DNA of 27,886 bases from assembly GCA_038127595.1 (NCBI GenBank), contig JAYPIC010000019.1:1-27886 (forward strand), in the 5' to 3' direction. Below are positions 21,101-27,886 of the stretch, in pieces; position 1 is the stretch's first letter, and every line of letters starts with the position of its first letter. This DNA is from a bacterium (GTDB lineage Bacteria > Fidelibacterota > Marinisomatia > Marinisomatales > UBA1611). The position numbers and the translations under genes were made by a program. The notes under the pieces are model-generated. The model was not told the DNA's origin, ran no database searches, and was given only the letters and a program-made list of their open reading frames with translations.

Positions 21101-21645
21101 TCAAATTTTCTAAGAGTAGATTTTCGCTGCTTTCTATATTTGTTAATACCAGATGCCTCTTCAAACATTCTCCTTCTGTCGTCACCATTTTCAGATAGAA
21201 TCTGCTCAATCATTTTTAATTCTATGACACTGTAGGCATCTGAACCCATTCCCGTATCAACAAACAAATCATTAATATCTTTTAATCTACAAGGAGTTTT
21301 ATTAAGACTATATTCACTTTCTCCGTTCCTGTACACCCTGCGACCAATTTCAATATCATTGTATTCGATTGGCAGCTTGCCTTTGTTATTATGAACTGTT
21401 AGGGTAACATCGCAAACACTCAATGGCTTCATATTTTCAGCACCATTAAAGATGACATCTTCCATTTTCCCGCCTCGAAGCACTGTAGACTTTTGCTCAC
21501 CTAATACCCATCTTATTGCATCTACAATATTCGTTTTACCACAACCATTTGGGCCAACAACTGTGGTCACACCCTCACTAAGCTTTAAAACTTCTTTTTT
21601 TGCAAAAGATTTAAAGCCGTGCATTTTTAATTCCGAGATATACAC
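18124..21645 (-). CDS. smc: Chromosome segregation protein SMC
   Basis: GTG start. GFKSFA, Walker A GPNGCGKTN, long coiled coils with a central hinge, GPVN..A, LSSGEK, LDEVDAPLD and VTH. Confidence 0.97.
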   Translation of the reverse strand: MYISELKMHGFKSFAKKEVLKLSEGVTTVVGPNGCGKTNIVDAIRWVLGEQKSTVLRGGKMEDVIFNGAENMKPLSVCDVTLTVHNNKGKLPIEYNDIEIGRRVYRNGESEYSLNKTPCRLKDINDLFVDTGMGSDAYSVIELKMIEQILSENGDDRRRMFEEASGINKYRKQRKSTLRKFDATRFDLERINDVISEVEQKVHGLELQLKRFKRHEKLTEQLRETDIALAFLRVDKYRGIMLPLQDEIKEYNHLRSSKTDQSSKHEEELEKNREVYKKQEEELNILQGNLLELTESQQDIRQNILIWTEKGRSSLLSIERGQSNYKSNEDRIEILIKDGSTFLKESESLQSALDKSLTLYKNEKESLEKIEVEYHKELKHLDQIQNERWNHQKKMVSNRSIYDRTLSLIDDKTEANNILIEKLSLEKDKSEDIRGIITSLEKKQSALEKNLSGEKKIANKLQLQLEQKIIKQQDIIKDYNSLIVKTESLNDQAKFYSELIESNEGFPEGTQYVLENPKVFSNVLGTVADVFSVEDKYRDALENGLGELSHCLISKDKKTGLQTLEKATEANAGDLTIIPFKEAIELKVKLDPVPKTSNIIARASEIVNTSKRLRPLADYILGDLIIVEDIQQAAKDKKLEGWRLVDLKGSYTGKDLIIKSRQISEHGNLLGRKSKLEMLSKQINKSKIKEEEILKAQSSIEVEIESLNEKLAENKNSVRSVEDQLNDLESNLMRNHLNQTQCLDNIKIIKKDITDTEQIINDSKIAVKKIEPDIEKAEKILSSFQEKINEANQSVVSAGKKRDAQQQILQDARVEMVNVESKRDNLIYKSNSANEQVEAIKQNQVIILDEEKNLKALKKDLDQKIKNGEKELNKINAELQKQRSIIDLKKSVFRETYNMIDQIQTKIKLEQKDRESILENLKSSEFKLNDLKQKIEIVFQQIKERYNTSVPDKLIVDDSEDELAYQVEKIQRSLENIGPVNMAVQDEYNEDNERLNHLRKQRDDLVESEENLRETIQKIDRIARKKFQETFKHISKNYEKLFNLFFEGGYGNLRLVGDPDPLEADIVIDAQPPGKRNTSLRLLSSGEKALTAISLLFAIYQVKPSPYCILDEVDAPLDDVNIHKFTKVLKQFADETQFIIVTHNKLTMEIANHMYGVTQEKKGVSKLVSVSFD

Positions 21646-21651
21646 TATATA

Positions 21652-21681
21652 AGTCTAAATAATTATAATTAAATCTAGCAA
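21652..21681 (-). promoter_or_regulatory. Putative sigma70 promoter of the smc operon
   Basis: Minus strand TTGCTA-N18-TAGACT, ending 6 nt before the smc GTG. Confidence 0.5.
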
Positions 21682-21727
21682 TTTTACTAGTTATTTACAC
21701 GAAGAGAATGGTCCAGTTAAGAAACTG

Positions 21728-22318
21728 TTAGTCTTTAATAAATCGATTAAAAGATATGTGAATTAGTAAACCGCTATAATTTGTTTTTTGATCTGCTTTT
21801 TTCTTTAACTTAATTATATCAGAGCCAATATGTAGAGCAATTGAACTTTGGTTATACCATCTAAATTCTATTCCTCCTCCTATAAACCCCGCAGTTGACC
21901 ACTGAGTATCTGCTTTTCTCCATGTTTCTTTGTAACTACCATTTCCCTCTTTGCCATCAATAGAAAAATTTAAACCACCTCGGAAAGTTATAAATGGAGA
22001 AAAATTATTAGCTATTTTCCCTGCAAAAGGATGGTAATTAAATCCAACGAGCATGGGTATAAATAATAAATTTTGACCGCTTATTGTTACATATTGATTT
22101 GTCCAATAATCATAGACGATACTTTCCGTATCCCCTTTTATATCGAAGTATCTAATTTCACCTACAAGATCGAAATTTTTCTCAACATTTCCAGATAAAT
22201 AATTGAAAAAAATACCTGACCCTTTGGAACCAATATCTAAGCCAGCACCGTATCTTTTATTTGATGATGCAATGGTAAAATTCAAACTAATTAATAAAAG
22301 AAATAGAAACCTTATCAT
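21728..22318 (-). CDS. Hypothetical exported protein, probable small outer-membrane beta-barrel
   Basis: Signal peptide followed by Gly/aromatic alternating strands (YGAGLDIG, VGFNYHPF, PFITFRGGLNF, FIGGGIEFRW, LLIHISFNRF). Confidence 0.7.
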   Translation of the reverse strand: MIRFLFLLLISLNFTIASSNKRYGAGLDIGSKGSGIFFNYLSGNVEKNFDLVGEIRYFDIKGDTESIVYDYWTNQYVTISGQNLLFIPMLVGFNYHPFAGKIANNFSPFITFRGGLNFSIDGKEGNGSYKETWRKADTQWSTAGFIGGGIEFRWYNQSSIALHIGSDIIKLKKKADQKTNYSGLLIHISFNRFIKD

Positions 22319-22320
22319 GA

Positions 22321-22650
22321 TTAATTATTCTTTAATTGACTATCATCGGCAATTAATTCAAGTGCTGGTTTATTGCTAAGAATAGAAGTATCAAAAATTC
22401 TTTTTAAATCCTTTTTCTCAACACCTAGGTACCAATGACCTTCTGGATAAATTACTATAGCAGGGCCATGCTCACAAACATCTAGACAACCTGACTTGTT
22501 AGCTCTTACTTTACCTTTCAAACCATTATCATTAATCATCTTAACAAGCTCTTTTCTTAGATCCATACCACCGCAAGAGCCACAACTTTTTCTTGCACTC
22601 TCTTCACCTCTATCATTTGTACAAATAAATATATGCTTTTTAAATTTCAT
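22321..22650 (-). CDS. Thioredoxin-like [2Fe-2S] ferredoxin
   Basis: Motifs HIFICTN.R...SC, VRANKSGCLDVCEHGP.IVIYPEG.WY. Confidence 0.92.
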   Translation of the reverse strand: MKFKKHIFICTNDRGEESARKSCGSCGGMDLRKELVKMINDNGLKGKVRANKSGCLDVCEHGPAIVIYPEGHWYLGVEKKDLKRIFDTSILSNKPALELIADDSQLKNN

Positions 22651-22817
22651 AAATCTTCATACTCAGCATCTTGAATATCCATATTACTGACCTTGCGCCT
22701 GAAATCTGCTTTTGTTTCTTGCTGGTTTAATTTTGATTTCATTTTAAAGATTGGAAGCAAAAAATGGACTATCTTGTATACAGAGTATCCAAGAAAAAGC
22801 AATATGATTAATTTCAT
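22647..22817 (-). CDS. Small membrane-anchored protein (56 aa), not in the ORF track
   Basis: MKLIILLFLGYSVYKIVHFLLPIFKMKSKLNQQETKADFRRKVSNMDIQDAEYEDL*. Fills the gap exactly: starts 3 nt after the kinase stop and has an ATGA overlap with the ferredoxin start. Confidence 0.82.
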   Translation of the reverse strand: MKLIILLFLGYSVYKIVHFLLPIFKMKSKLNQQETKADFRRKVSNMDIQDAEYEDL

Positions 22818-22820
22818 ATT

Positions 22821-23462
22821 TTAAAATTCTGTTACAGGATTAAAAAACTTTGTCCCAGAAACAGGTTGACGAATGTAATCTATGACCTCTTTTAAATCAT
22901 TCTCATTTTCAACAAAGTCTATATTATTCGTATTTATAATAACCAGTGGTGTATCTTGGTACCTAAAAAAGTATTCCGTATAAACTTGATTTAGAGCATC
23001 AATATATTCCCAGGTAACATTCTTTTCCATATTTCGACCACGCTTTTCGATGTTTTTCATCAGCACATCAGTATCGGCTTGAAGATAAATAACAATATCA
23101 GGCCTTATAATATTTCGCTCTAATAAACTAGCGACAGTATCATAGAGCTGCATTTCTTTATCACCTAAATTAAGAGAGGCAAATAAACGGTCTTTGACAA
23201 ACATGTAATCAGTTATTAAAAGTTTTTGAAACATATCTACCTGCCGAAGATCTTGCTGCTGCCTGTACCTTTGCAGAAGAAAAAATAACTGTGTTTGGAA
23301 ACCAAATCTTTCAGGATCATTATAAAAATCTGGTAGAAATGGATTATCTTCAAAGTCCTCTAAAACTAATCTTGCACCCAATTCTTTAGATAATAATTGA
23401 GCTAAGCTGGTTTTTCCAACGCCAATAGGACCCTCTATGGCTATGTAGTATAAATTTCTCAT
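22821..23462 (-). CDS. Deoxynucleoside kinase (dNK family)
   Basis: P-loop IAIEGPIGVGKTSLA, plus NPFLPDFY, FQTQLFFL..RY, PDIVIYLQAD and lid RGR..E. Confidence 0.92.
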   Translation of the reverse strand: MRNLYYIAIEGPIGVGKTSLAQLLSKELGARLVLEDFEDNPFLPDFYNDPERFGFQTQLFFLLQRYRQQQDLRQVDMFQKLLITDYMFVKDRLFASLNLGDKEMQLYDTVASLLERNIIRPDIVIYLQADTDVLMKNIEKRGRNMEKNVTWEYIDALNQVYTEYFFRYQDTPLVIINTNNIDFVENENDLKEVIDYIRQPVSGTKFFNPVTEF

Positions 23463-23968
23463 GCTTTATTTTCTAATTCATATAATCTGACCATTGATCT
23501 ATCAGCACATCGTCCAAGAAGTTCATTAACGGTCAAATTTATATGTGGTATCTTAAAATCAGTAGCAATCTCATCAAATGGAATTAATACAAATTTTCTA
23601 TTTATTAAACCAGGATGTGGGATTATCAATTCTTTTGTTTCCATAATAGCGGAACCATGAACAAGAATATCAATATCAATAGTTCTTGGCATATTTTTTT
23701 CAATAGATTTTTTACGACCTAACATACGTTCAATATCCTGAATATGATCTAAAAACTCAAATGGCTTTAAGTATGTATCCAGCCCCACAACGGTGTTAAT
23801 AAAAAACTCTTGATTTTGGTTGTATAGTGGCTCAGTAAGATAAAAAGATGCAGAATCTAAATTATAATTTTTTTCAGAAACTTCAAGAGCTGATATTGCT
23901 TGAGCAATATTTGATTCTCTATCTCCAATATTCGAGCCAATAGATAAATATACTCTGCTACTCTTCAT
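23459..23968 (-). CDS. folK: 2-amino-4-hydroxy-6-hydroxymethyldihydropteridine diphosphokinase
   Basis: Motifs YLSIGSNIGDR, PRTIDIDIL, IPHP and RKFVLIP. Confidence 0.95.
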   Translation of the reverse strand: MKSSRVYLSIGSNIGDRESNIAQAISALEVSEKNYNLDSASFYLTEPLYNQNQEFFINTVVGLDTYLKPFEFLDHIQDIERMLGRKKSIEKNMPRTIDIDILVHGSAIMETKELIIPHPGLINRKFVLIPFDEIATDFKIPHINLTVNELLGRCADRSMVRLYELENKA

Positions 23969-24324
23969 TTTTTTACTCTAGTCAGCTCAACCTCTACATT
24001 TTTAAAATCAGCTTTAATAGGCGCATGCGGTTTTCGAACTCGTATTACTACTTTTTCAATTTGAAACTCCTTTAACAATCTTCTACAGACTGACTCAGCA
24101 ACAGCTTCAACTAACTTATAACGCTTTTTAGTAAACTCTTCAATTGTGAAAGAAATTATTTCCTGATAGTCCAGCGTATCTCCAAGACGATCAGATATTC
24201 CTGCTCCCTTTAAATTGCAGAACAGTTCTAAATCAATTTCGAATATACCATCTTTCGATTTTTCAAAATCATATACCCCGTGCCTAGCTGGGATTTTTAA
24301 ATCATTAATACGTATACTGTCCAT
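23965..24324 (-). CDS. folB: Dihydroneopterin aldolase
   Basis: Motifs HGVYDFE, SD.L.DTLDY, LVEAVAE and VRKPHAP. ATGA overlap with folK. Confidence 0.93.
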   Translation of the reverse strand: MDSIRINDLKIPARHGVYDFEKSKDGIFEIDLELFCNLKGAGISDRLGDTLDYQEIISFTIEEFTKKRYKLVEAVAESVCRRLLKEFQIEKVVIRVRKPHAPIKADFKNVEVELTRVKK

Positions 24325-24338
24325 TATAAAGTTATAAA

Positions 24339-26297
24339 TTATTTTAAAAATAGAATTTTTTGAGAATCAATATAATTATCTGTAGCTAATTGAATAAAGT
24401 ATACACCACTAGATTTTCCATTTGCGTTCCAAAACGTAGTATGATAGCCCGGCATAAATTCATTATCTATTAAACTCTCAACTATCTTTCCTCTTGAATC
24501 AAAAATATTTACGTTTACATGAGTATCACCAAATTGAGGATTTATATAAAAACTTAATTTCACCTTTGAATTAAATGGGTTTGGAAATGCTTTTTCTACT
24601 TCAACTCTATCTGGTAAAATATTATCAATTTCATTAACTGAGTAAGTAGCCTCTTTTAAAATCCAATTTTCAGGATCTAACATAACATTTTCTACTAGAA
24701 AATTAAATCCAGAGAACTCATATAATTGACTAAAGTTATTATTTTCAATAACTATTGTCGTATCAACCAACATTGGGCCGGCACTTCCGGAAAATTTTAA
24801 ATCTATTGGCATTGAAAAAAAGTTATACGACTGAACCTGATCAATTTTTACATTATAAATTCCATTTCCCTCATGCCACCATGACAACTCATATTTAGGA
24901 TACTTTTCGCCATAAATCCACTGTTGGAAAAATTGTTCAAAGTCTAAGCCTGATATATCTTCACACACTTTTTGAAAGTCTGATGTAGAAGCTGCATTGT
25001 ATGAAAGCGAATCATTTGAAGCATAGCTTTTTAAGATATCAAAAAACATAGTTTCGCCAACTTTATGTCTAAGCATGTGCAACACCCAAGAAGCTTTATT
25101 ATAGGAAAGTCCAGCGCTAAAGATTTGAGAATTTGATGATGGATTTTCAACATATATTGTCCCTGCACCGTAATAAGCGTGATTGTTCATAAAATCAAAG
25201 TAAGCCTCTCTACCATACATATGCTCAGCCCAAAGTGCTTGGCAATAACGTGCAAAACCCTCATTTAACCAAATGTCATTAAATGTCTTGCAAGTGATTA
25301 AGTTACCCCACCAACTATGACCGAGTTCATGTACCATTAAATTTTGTGAAAAGGATCCCATACTACTTAAGGTTTGATGTTCCATACCACCACCCCACGT
25401 AAAATCTGCATGCCCATATTTTTCAGATATGAATGGATATTCGCCAAATAATTCAGAAAAAAAACTAAGCATATCTTTTGTTAATGAATAATTTGGATAA
25501 GATGCCTCATACCTATCAGGAAAAACGTAGTGCTCTATTAGCATAGTATCACTAGAAATTGGTGACACATACTGATCAACCCATTTTGTATAGGGATAAA
25601 TTGCTAATGATACTAAATATGTAGTTATAGGATACCTTTCTTTCCAAAAGTATGTTTTTTTATTATTATTTATTGTTGTACTGCTTAGAAGGCCATTAGA
25701 TGCTACAATATAGGCTGGTTCTAAAGGCACTGAAATAATGATATTTACTGAATCAGCTTTATCACTGGGGTCATCTTTGCAAGGCCACCAACTTCTAGCA
25801 CAATATGCCTCAGATAAAGTCCATACATGCCCTATATTTTGGTGTTCATCAAATTTAAATCCTCCTGCTCCACAATGATCTGGAGTACCTTGATAAAAAA
25901 TAGTCAAGGAAAATAAATTTTCATCATCTAAGGTGATATCTGATAGAGGTATTTTTAACATATCATTTTCATGTAAATACAATATTGGTATGTTATTTTG
26001 TAAAATTGAATCAACGGTCATATTATCGTAAAGATCTAACTCAATGAAATCTGGATAAATGTTTCCAATAACTCCATTAACAGTTACTGAACCATGTATT
26101 CTAGACGAGTTAAAATCAATATCCAAATTAAGCTCATAAAATTTTATATCAATTTTTTCTTGGTTCTGGTTCAAAGTGGAATTTTGAGTTTGCCATCTGG
26201 AAGCTGATTTTTCATGGGAACAAAGATACTTTGGTTCAATATCTTCTCCATAAAATGGTGTAAGAAATATGAAAAAGGAAAAATATATTTTTTTCAT
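24339..26297 (-). CDS. Secreted M1 family zinc aminopeptidase with a T9SS type A-like C-terminal domain
   Basis: Signal peptide; motifs WWPCKDDPSDKA, GGMEH, HELGH...WLNEGFA.Y and YNKASWVLHMLR; C-terminal FPNPFN...SSGVYFIQL...KILFLK. Confidence 0.9.
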   Translation of the reverse strand: MKKIYFSFFIFLTPFYGEDIEPKYLCSHEKSASRWQTQNSTLNQNQEKIDIKFYELNLDIDFNSSRIHGSVTVNGVIGNIYPDFIELDLYDNMTVDSILQNNIPILYLHENDMLKIPLSDITLDDENLFSLTIFYQGTPDHCGAGGFKFDEHQNIGHVWTLSEAYCARSWWPCKDDPSDKADSVNIIISVPLEPAYIVASNGLLSSTTINNNKKTYFWKERYPITTYLVSLAIYPYTKWVDQYVSPISSDTMLIEHYVFPDRYEASYPNYSLTKDMLSFFSELFGEYPFISEKYGHADFTWGGGMEHQTLSSMGSFSQNLMVHELGHSWWGNLITCKTFNDIWLNEGFARYCQALWAEHMYGREAYFDFMNNHAYYGAGTIYVENPSSNSQIFSAGLSYNKASWVLHMLRHKVGETMFFDILKSYASNDSLSYNAASTSDFQKVCEDISGLDFEQFFQQWIYGEKYPKYELSWWHEGNGIYNVKIDQVQSYNFFSMPIDLKFSGSAGPMLVDTTIVIENNNFSQLYEFSGFNFLVENVMLDPENWILKEATYSVNEIDNILPDRVEVEKAFPNPFNSKVKLSFYINPQFGDTHVNVNIFDSRGKIVESLIDNEFMPGYHTTFWNANGKSSGVYFIQLATDNYIDSQKILFLK

Positions 26298-26301
26298 TTA
26301 C

Positions 26302-26493
26302 CTAAAAACAAGAACTGAAATGTTTAAACCCAACCCAAGGAATGATAATATACAATAATGAATCTCTGACAAGGTAAAAAAGGAAAAAAGCAACAATAAC
26401 TTTCCATCCTTTTTGAGTTAAAAGTTCTTTTACACCGCCTTTTTTATAAGCCTCAATCCAAGGTTTCATGAATTGAGGTTTAAATAAGGACAC
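26302..26493 (-). CDS. Small hypothetical membrane protein (63 aa)
   Basis: GTG start overlaps the upstream TAG by 1 nt. Hydrophobic segment VIVAFFLFYLVRDSLLYIIIPW. Fills the intergenic gap. Confidence 0.7.
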   Translation of the reverse strand: MSLFKPQFMKPWIEAYKKGGVKELLTQKGWKVIVAFFLFYLVRDSLLYIIIPWVGFKHFSSCF

Positions 26494-26936
26494 TAATCCC
26501 CCTTGGGCTTGATCTTTTTAAATTGAAGATCTTCATATTTTTCCAAAAGAGTACTACCTGCTGCTTGTTGAAACCTGAATGCAAATTCTAGCGCCTCATA
26601 AAATGGCCTATTAGCATATTCGCCATGAGAATAAAATTCATCTACCCATTTGACCATCTGATAAATATCTATTTGATCTAAATAATCAAAAATACCATAT
26701 ATTAATTCAGCTCTGTTATCATAGTACCACTCTGTAATACCTCCGTAGCCTACATCTTTTTTTAATTCAGTATGGGTTTCATAAACTTGCACAAGATATG
26801 AAAATAAAAAAGTTTCTTTTTCTTCAATACTAAGGGTCTTCCAATATGTTACTACCGGAGATAGTGCAACATCATTTTTTGACTCTTGCCCAATCAGTAA
26901 TGAGAAAATATAAAGCAATAGAAGATATTTCTTCAT
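26493..26936 (-). CDS. Hypothetical exported protein
   Basis: 147 aa with signal peptide MKKYLLLLYIFSLLIG|Q and a GAGG SD upstream. Confidence 0.8.
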   Translation of the reverse strand: MKKYLLLLYIFSLLIGQESKNDVALSPVVTYWKTLSIEEKETFLFSYLVQVYETHTELKKDVGYGGITEWYYDNRAELIYGIFDYLDQIDIYQMVKWVDEFYSHGEYANRPFYEALEFAFRFQQAAGSTLLEKYEDLQFKKIKPKGD

Positions 26937-26976
26937 AGCTACCTCTTTTTAATAAAGTGTTAAAATATTATACCTA

Positions 26977-27006
26977 ATTATACAATGTAGTTAAAACCAG
27001 GGACAA
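26977..27006 (-). promoter_or_regulatory. Putative sigma70 promoter of the operon beginning at 26936
   Basis: Minus strand TTGTCC-N18-TATAAT, with a second TATAAT at 26967-26972. Confidence 0.55.
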
Positions 27007-27014
27007 TGCTTATC

Positions 27015-27886
27015 CTAAACGGGATCAACCCAATCGCCGTTGTCCTTGATAAGTCTAATTAATGCATTTACAGCTTCAGCTGCTGGTATATTACTTTTTA
27101 CGACCTCTTGACCTTTATACAGAGAGATTTTACCTACGCCGGTCCCCACATAACCATAATCAGCATCTGCCATTTCTCCTGGACCGTTTACAATACAACC
27201 CATAATTCCAATCTTAACTCCTTTTAAGTGATCTGTTACAGATCGTATTTCATTTGTGGTTGATTGTAAATCAAATAAAGTTCTACCACAAGAAGGGCAG
27301 GAGATATATTCAGTTTTTGATATTCGCAATCTAGAAGCTTGTAAAATTCCAAAAGATGTTTGATTGGATAAACCTTGGCCTATATCTGACCTCAAACTCA
27401 ATCCATCAATTAGCCCATCAATTAGTAATGAGCTTAAATCAGTAGAAGAATCTAATTGAAATTCTGATGATGGAATATTCGCATAGTCTTTTTGAATGAT
27501 TATTGGAGTTCTGAGACCACTCAAAATTATATCAGTAATAAAATCACGGTGTGACATTATGGTATATTTATCGTCATAATCTAAAATTATAACCACTGTT
27601 TTATCAGTTTGTAATATGTGTATCAAATCTGGTTGAAGTTGTTTTTCTTTAACGTGAATAAAATTCAAAGTTTTTGATTTTGATATATTATCATTGTACT
27701 CATCAATACTAAATATTGGAAAAGAAGAAGAATTGTCTACCCAAACTGAATGATTTTGAATAGCCATTAAAAGTCCCGGTAATTCAAAATTTATTTGATT
27801 ATTGCCTATGTATACATAATCAACAGCCTGATCAGATATATGCCATTTATCTTCTTCAACAGAATATAAGTATCCTAAAGGAGCTA
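27015..27886 (-). CDS. ispG: (E)-4-hydroxy-3-methylbut-2-enyl-diphosphate synthase, long three-domain form; 5' end lies outside the window
   Basis: Fe-S motifs YISCPSCGRTLFDLQ and IMGCIVNGPGEMADADYGYVG. The frame stays open from the listed Met (27767) to the window end (APLGYLYSVEEDKWHISDQAVDYVYIG...). Confidence 0.95.
   Translation of the reverse strand, partial: APLGYLYSVEEDKWHISDQAVDYVYIGNNQINFELPGLLMAIQNHSVWVDNSSSFPIFSIDEYNDNISKSKTLNFIHVKEKQLQPDLIHILQTDKTVVIILDYDDKYTIMSHRDFITDIILSGLRTPIIIQKDYANIPSSEFQLDSSTDLSSLLIDGLIDGLSLRSDIGQGLSNQTSFGILQASRLRISKTEYISCPSCGRTLFDLQSTTNEIRSVTDHLKGVKIGIMGCIVNGPGEMADADYGYVGTGVGKISLYKGQEVVKSNIPAAEAVNALIRLIKDNGDWVDPV

Noticed and set aside
18124..21645. SMC as part of a defence system (Wadjet/JetC, Lamassu) or as SbcC/RecN
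   Set aside because: It has canonical chromosomal SMC length, head motifs and hinge, and no jetABD, nuclease or sbcD neighbours.
27015..27767. ispG as a 250-aa truncated gene or pseudogene
   Set aside because: The frame is open to the window edge; the listed Met is internal.

Overview
AT-rich (about 30% GC by eye), very gene-dense bacterial chromosome segment with about 28 CDS. All but two are on the minus strand, and many overlap or are translationally coupled. Content is mostly core or housekeeping: ispG (partial), folB-folK-deoxynucleoside kinase, a 2Fe-2S ferredoxin, smc, mscS, an amino acid permease, dut, groES-groEL, polA, an ABC-2 module, alr, trhO, a GST, DASS and SSS transporters, and a DUF1343/NamZ-family protein. 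A T9SS-type C-terminal domain on an M1 peptidase, a long-form IspG, SMC and Shine-Dalgarno use suggest a streamlined FCB-group organism, most plausibly Marinimicrobia (SAR406); this is inference. I found no rRNA, tRNA, CRISPR array or mobile element, and no obvious complete novel multi-gene system. The best leads are: (1) a dUTPase that closely resembles the Plasmodium/alveolate type; (2) an SSS / divergent NamZ-like / putative outer-membrane protein operon whose NamZ homolog lacks conserved motif residues and seems to need a non-canonical start; (3) an ABC ATPase with four degenerate motifs; (4) several promoters positioned for leaderless mRNAs; (5) an unlisted 56-aa membrane protein with a DnaK-tail-like C-terminus.
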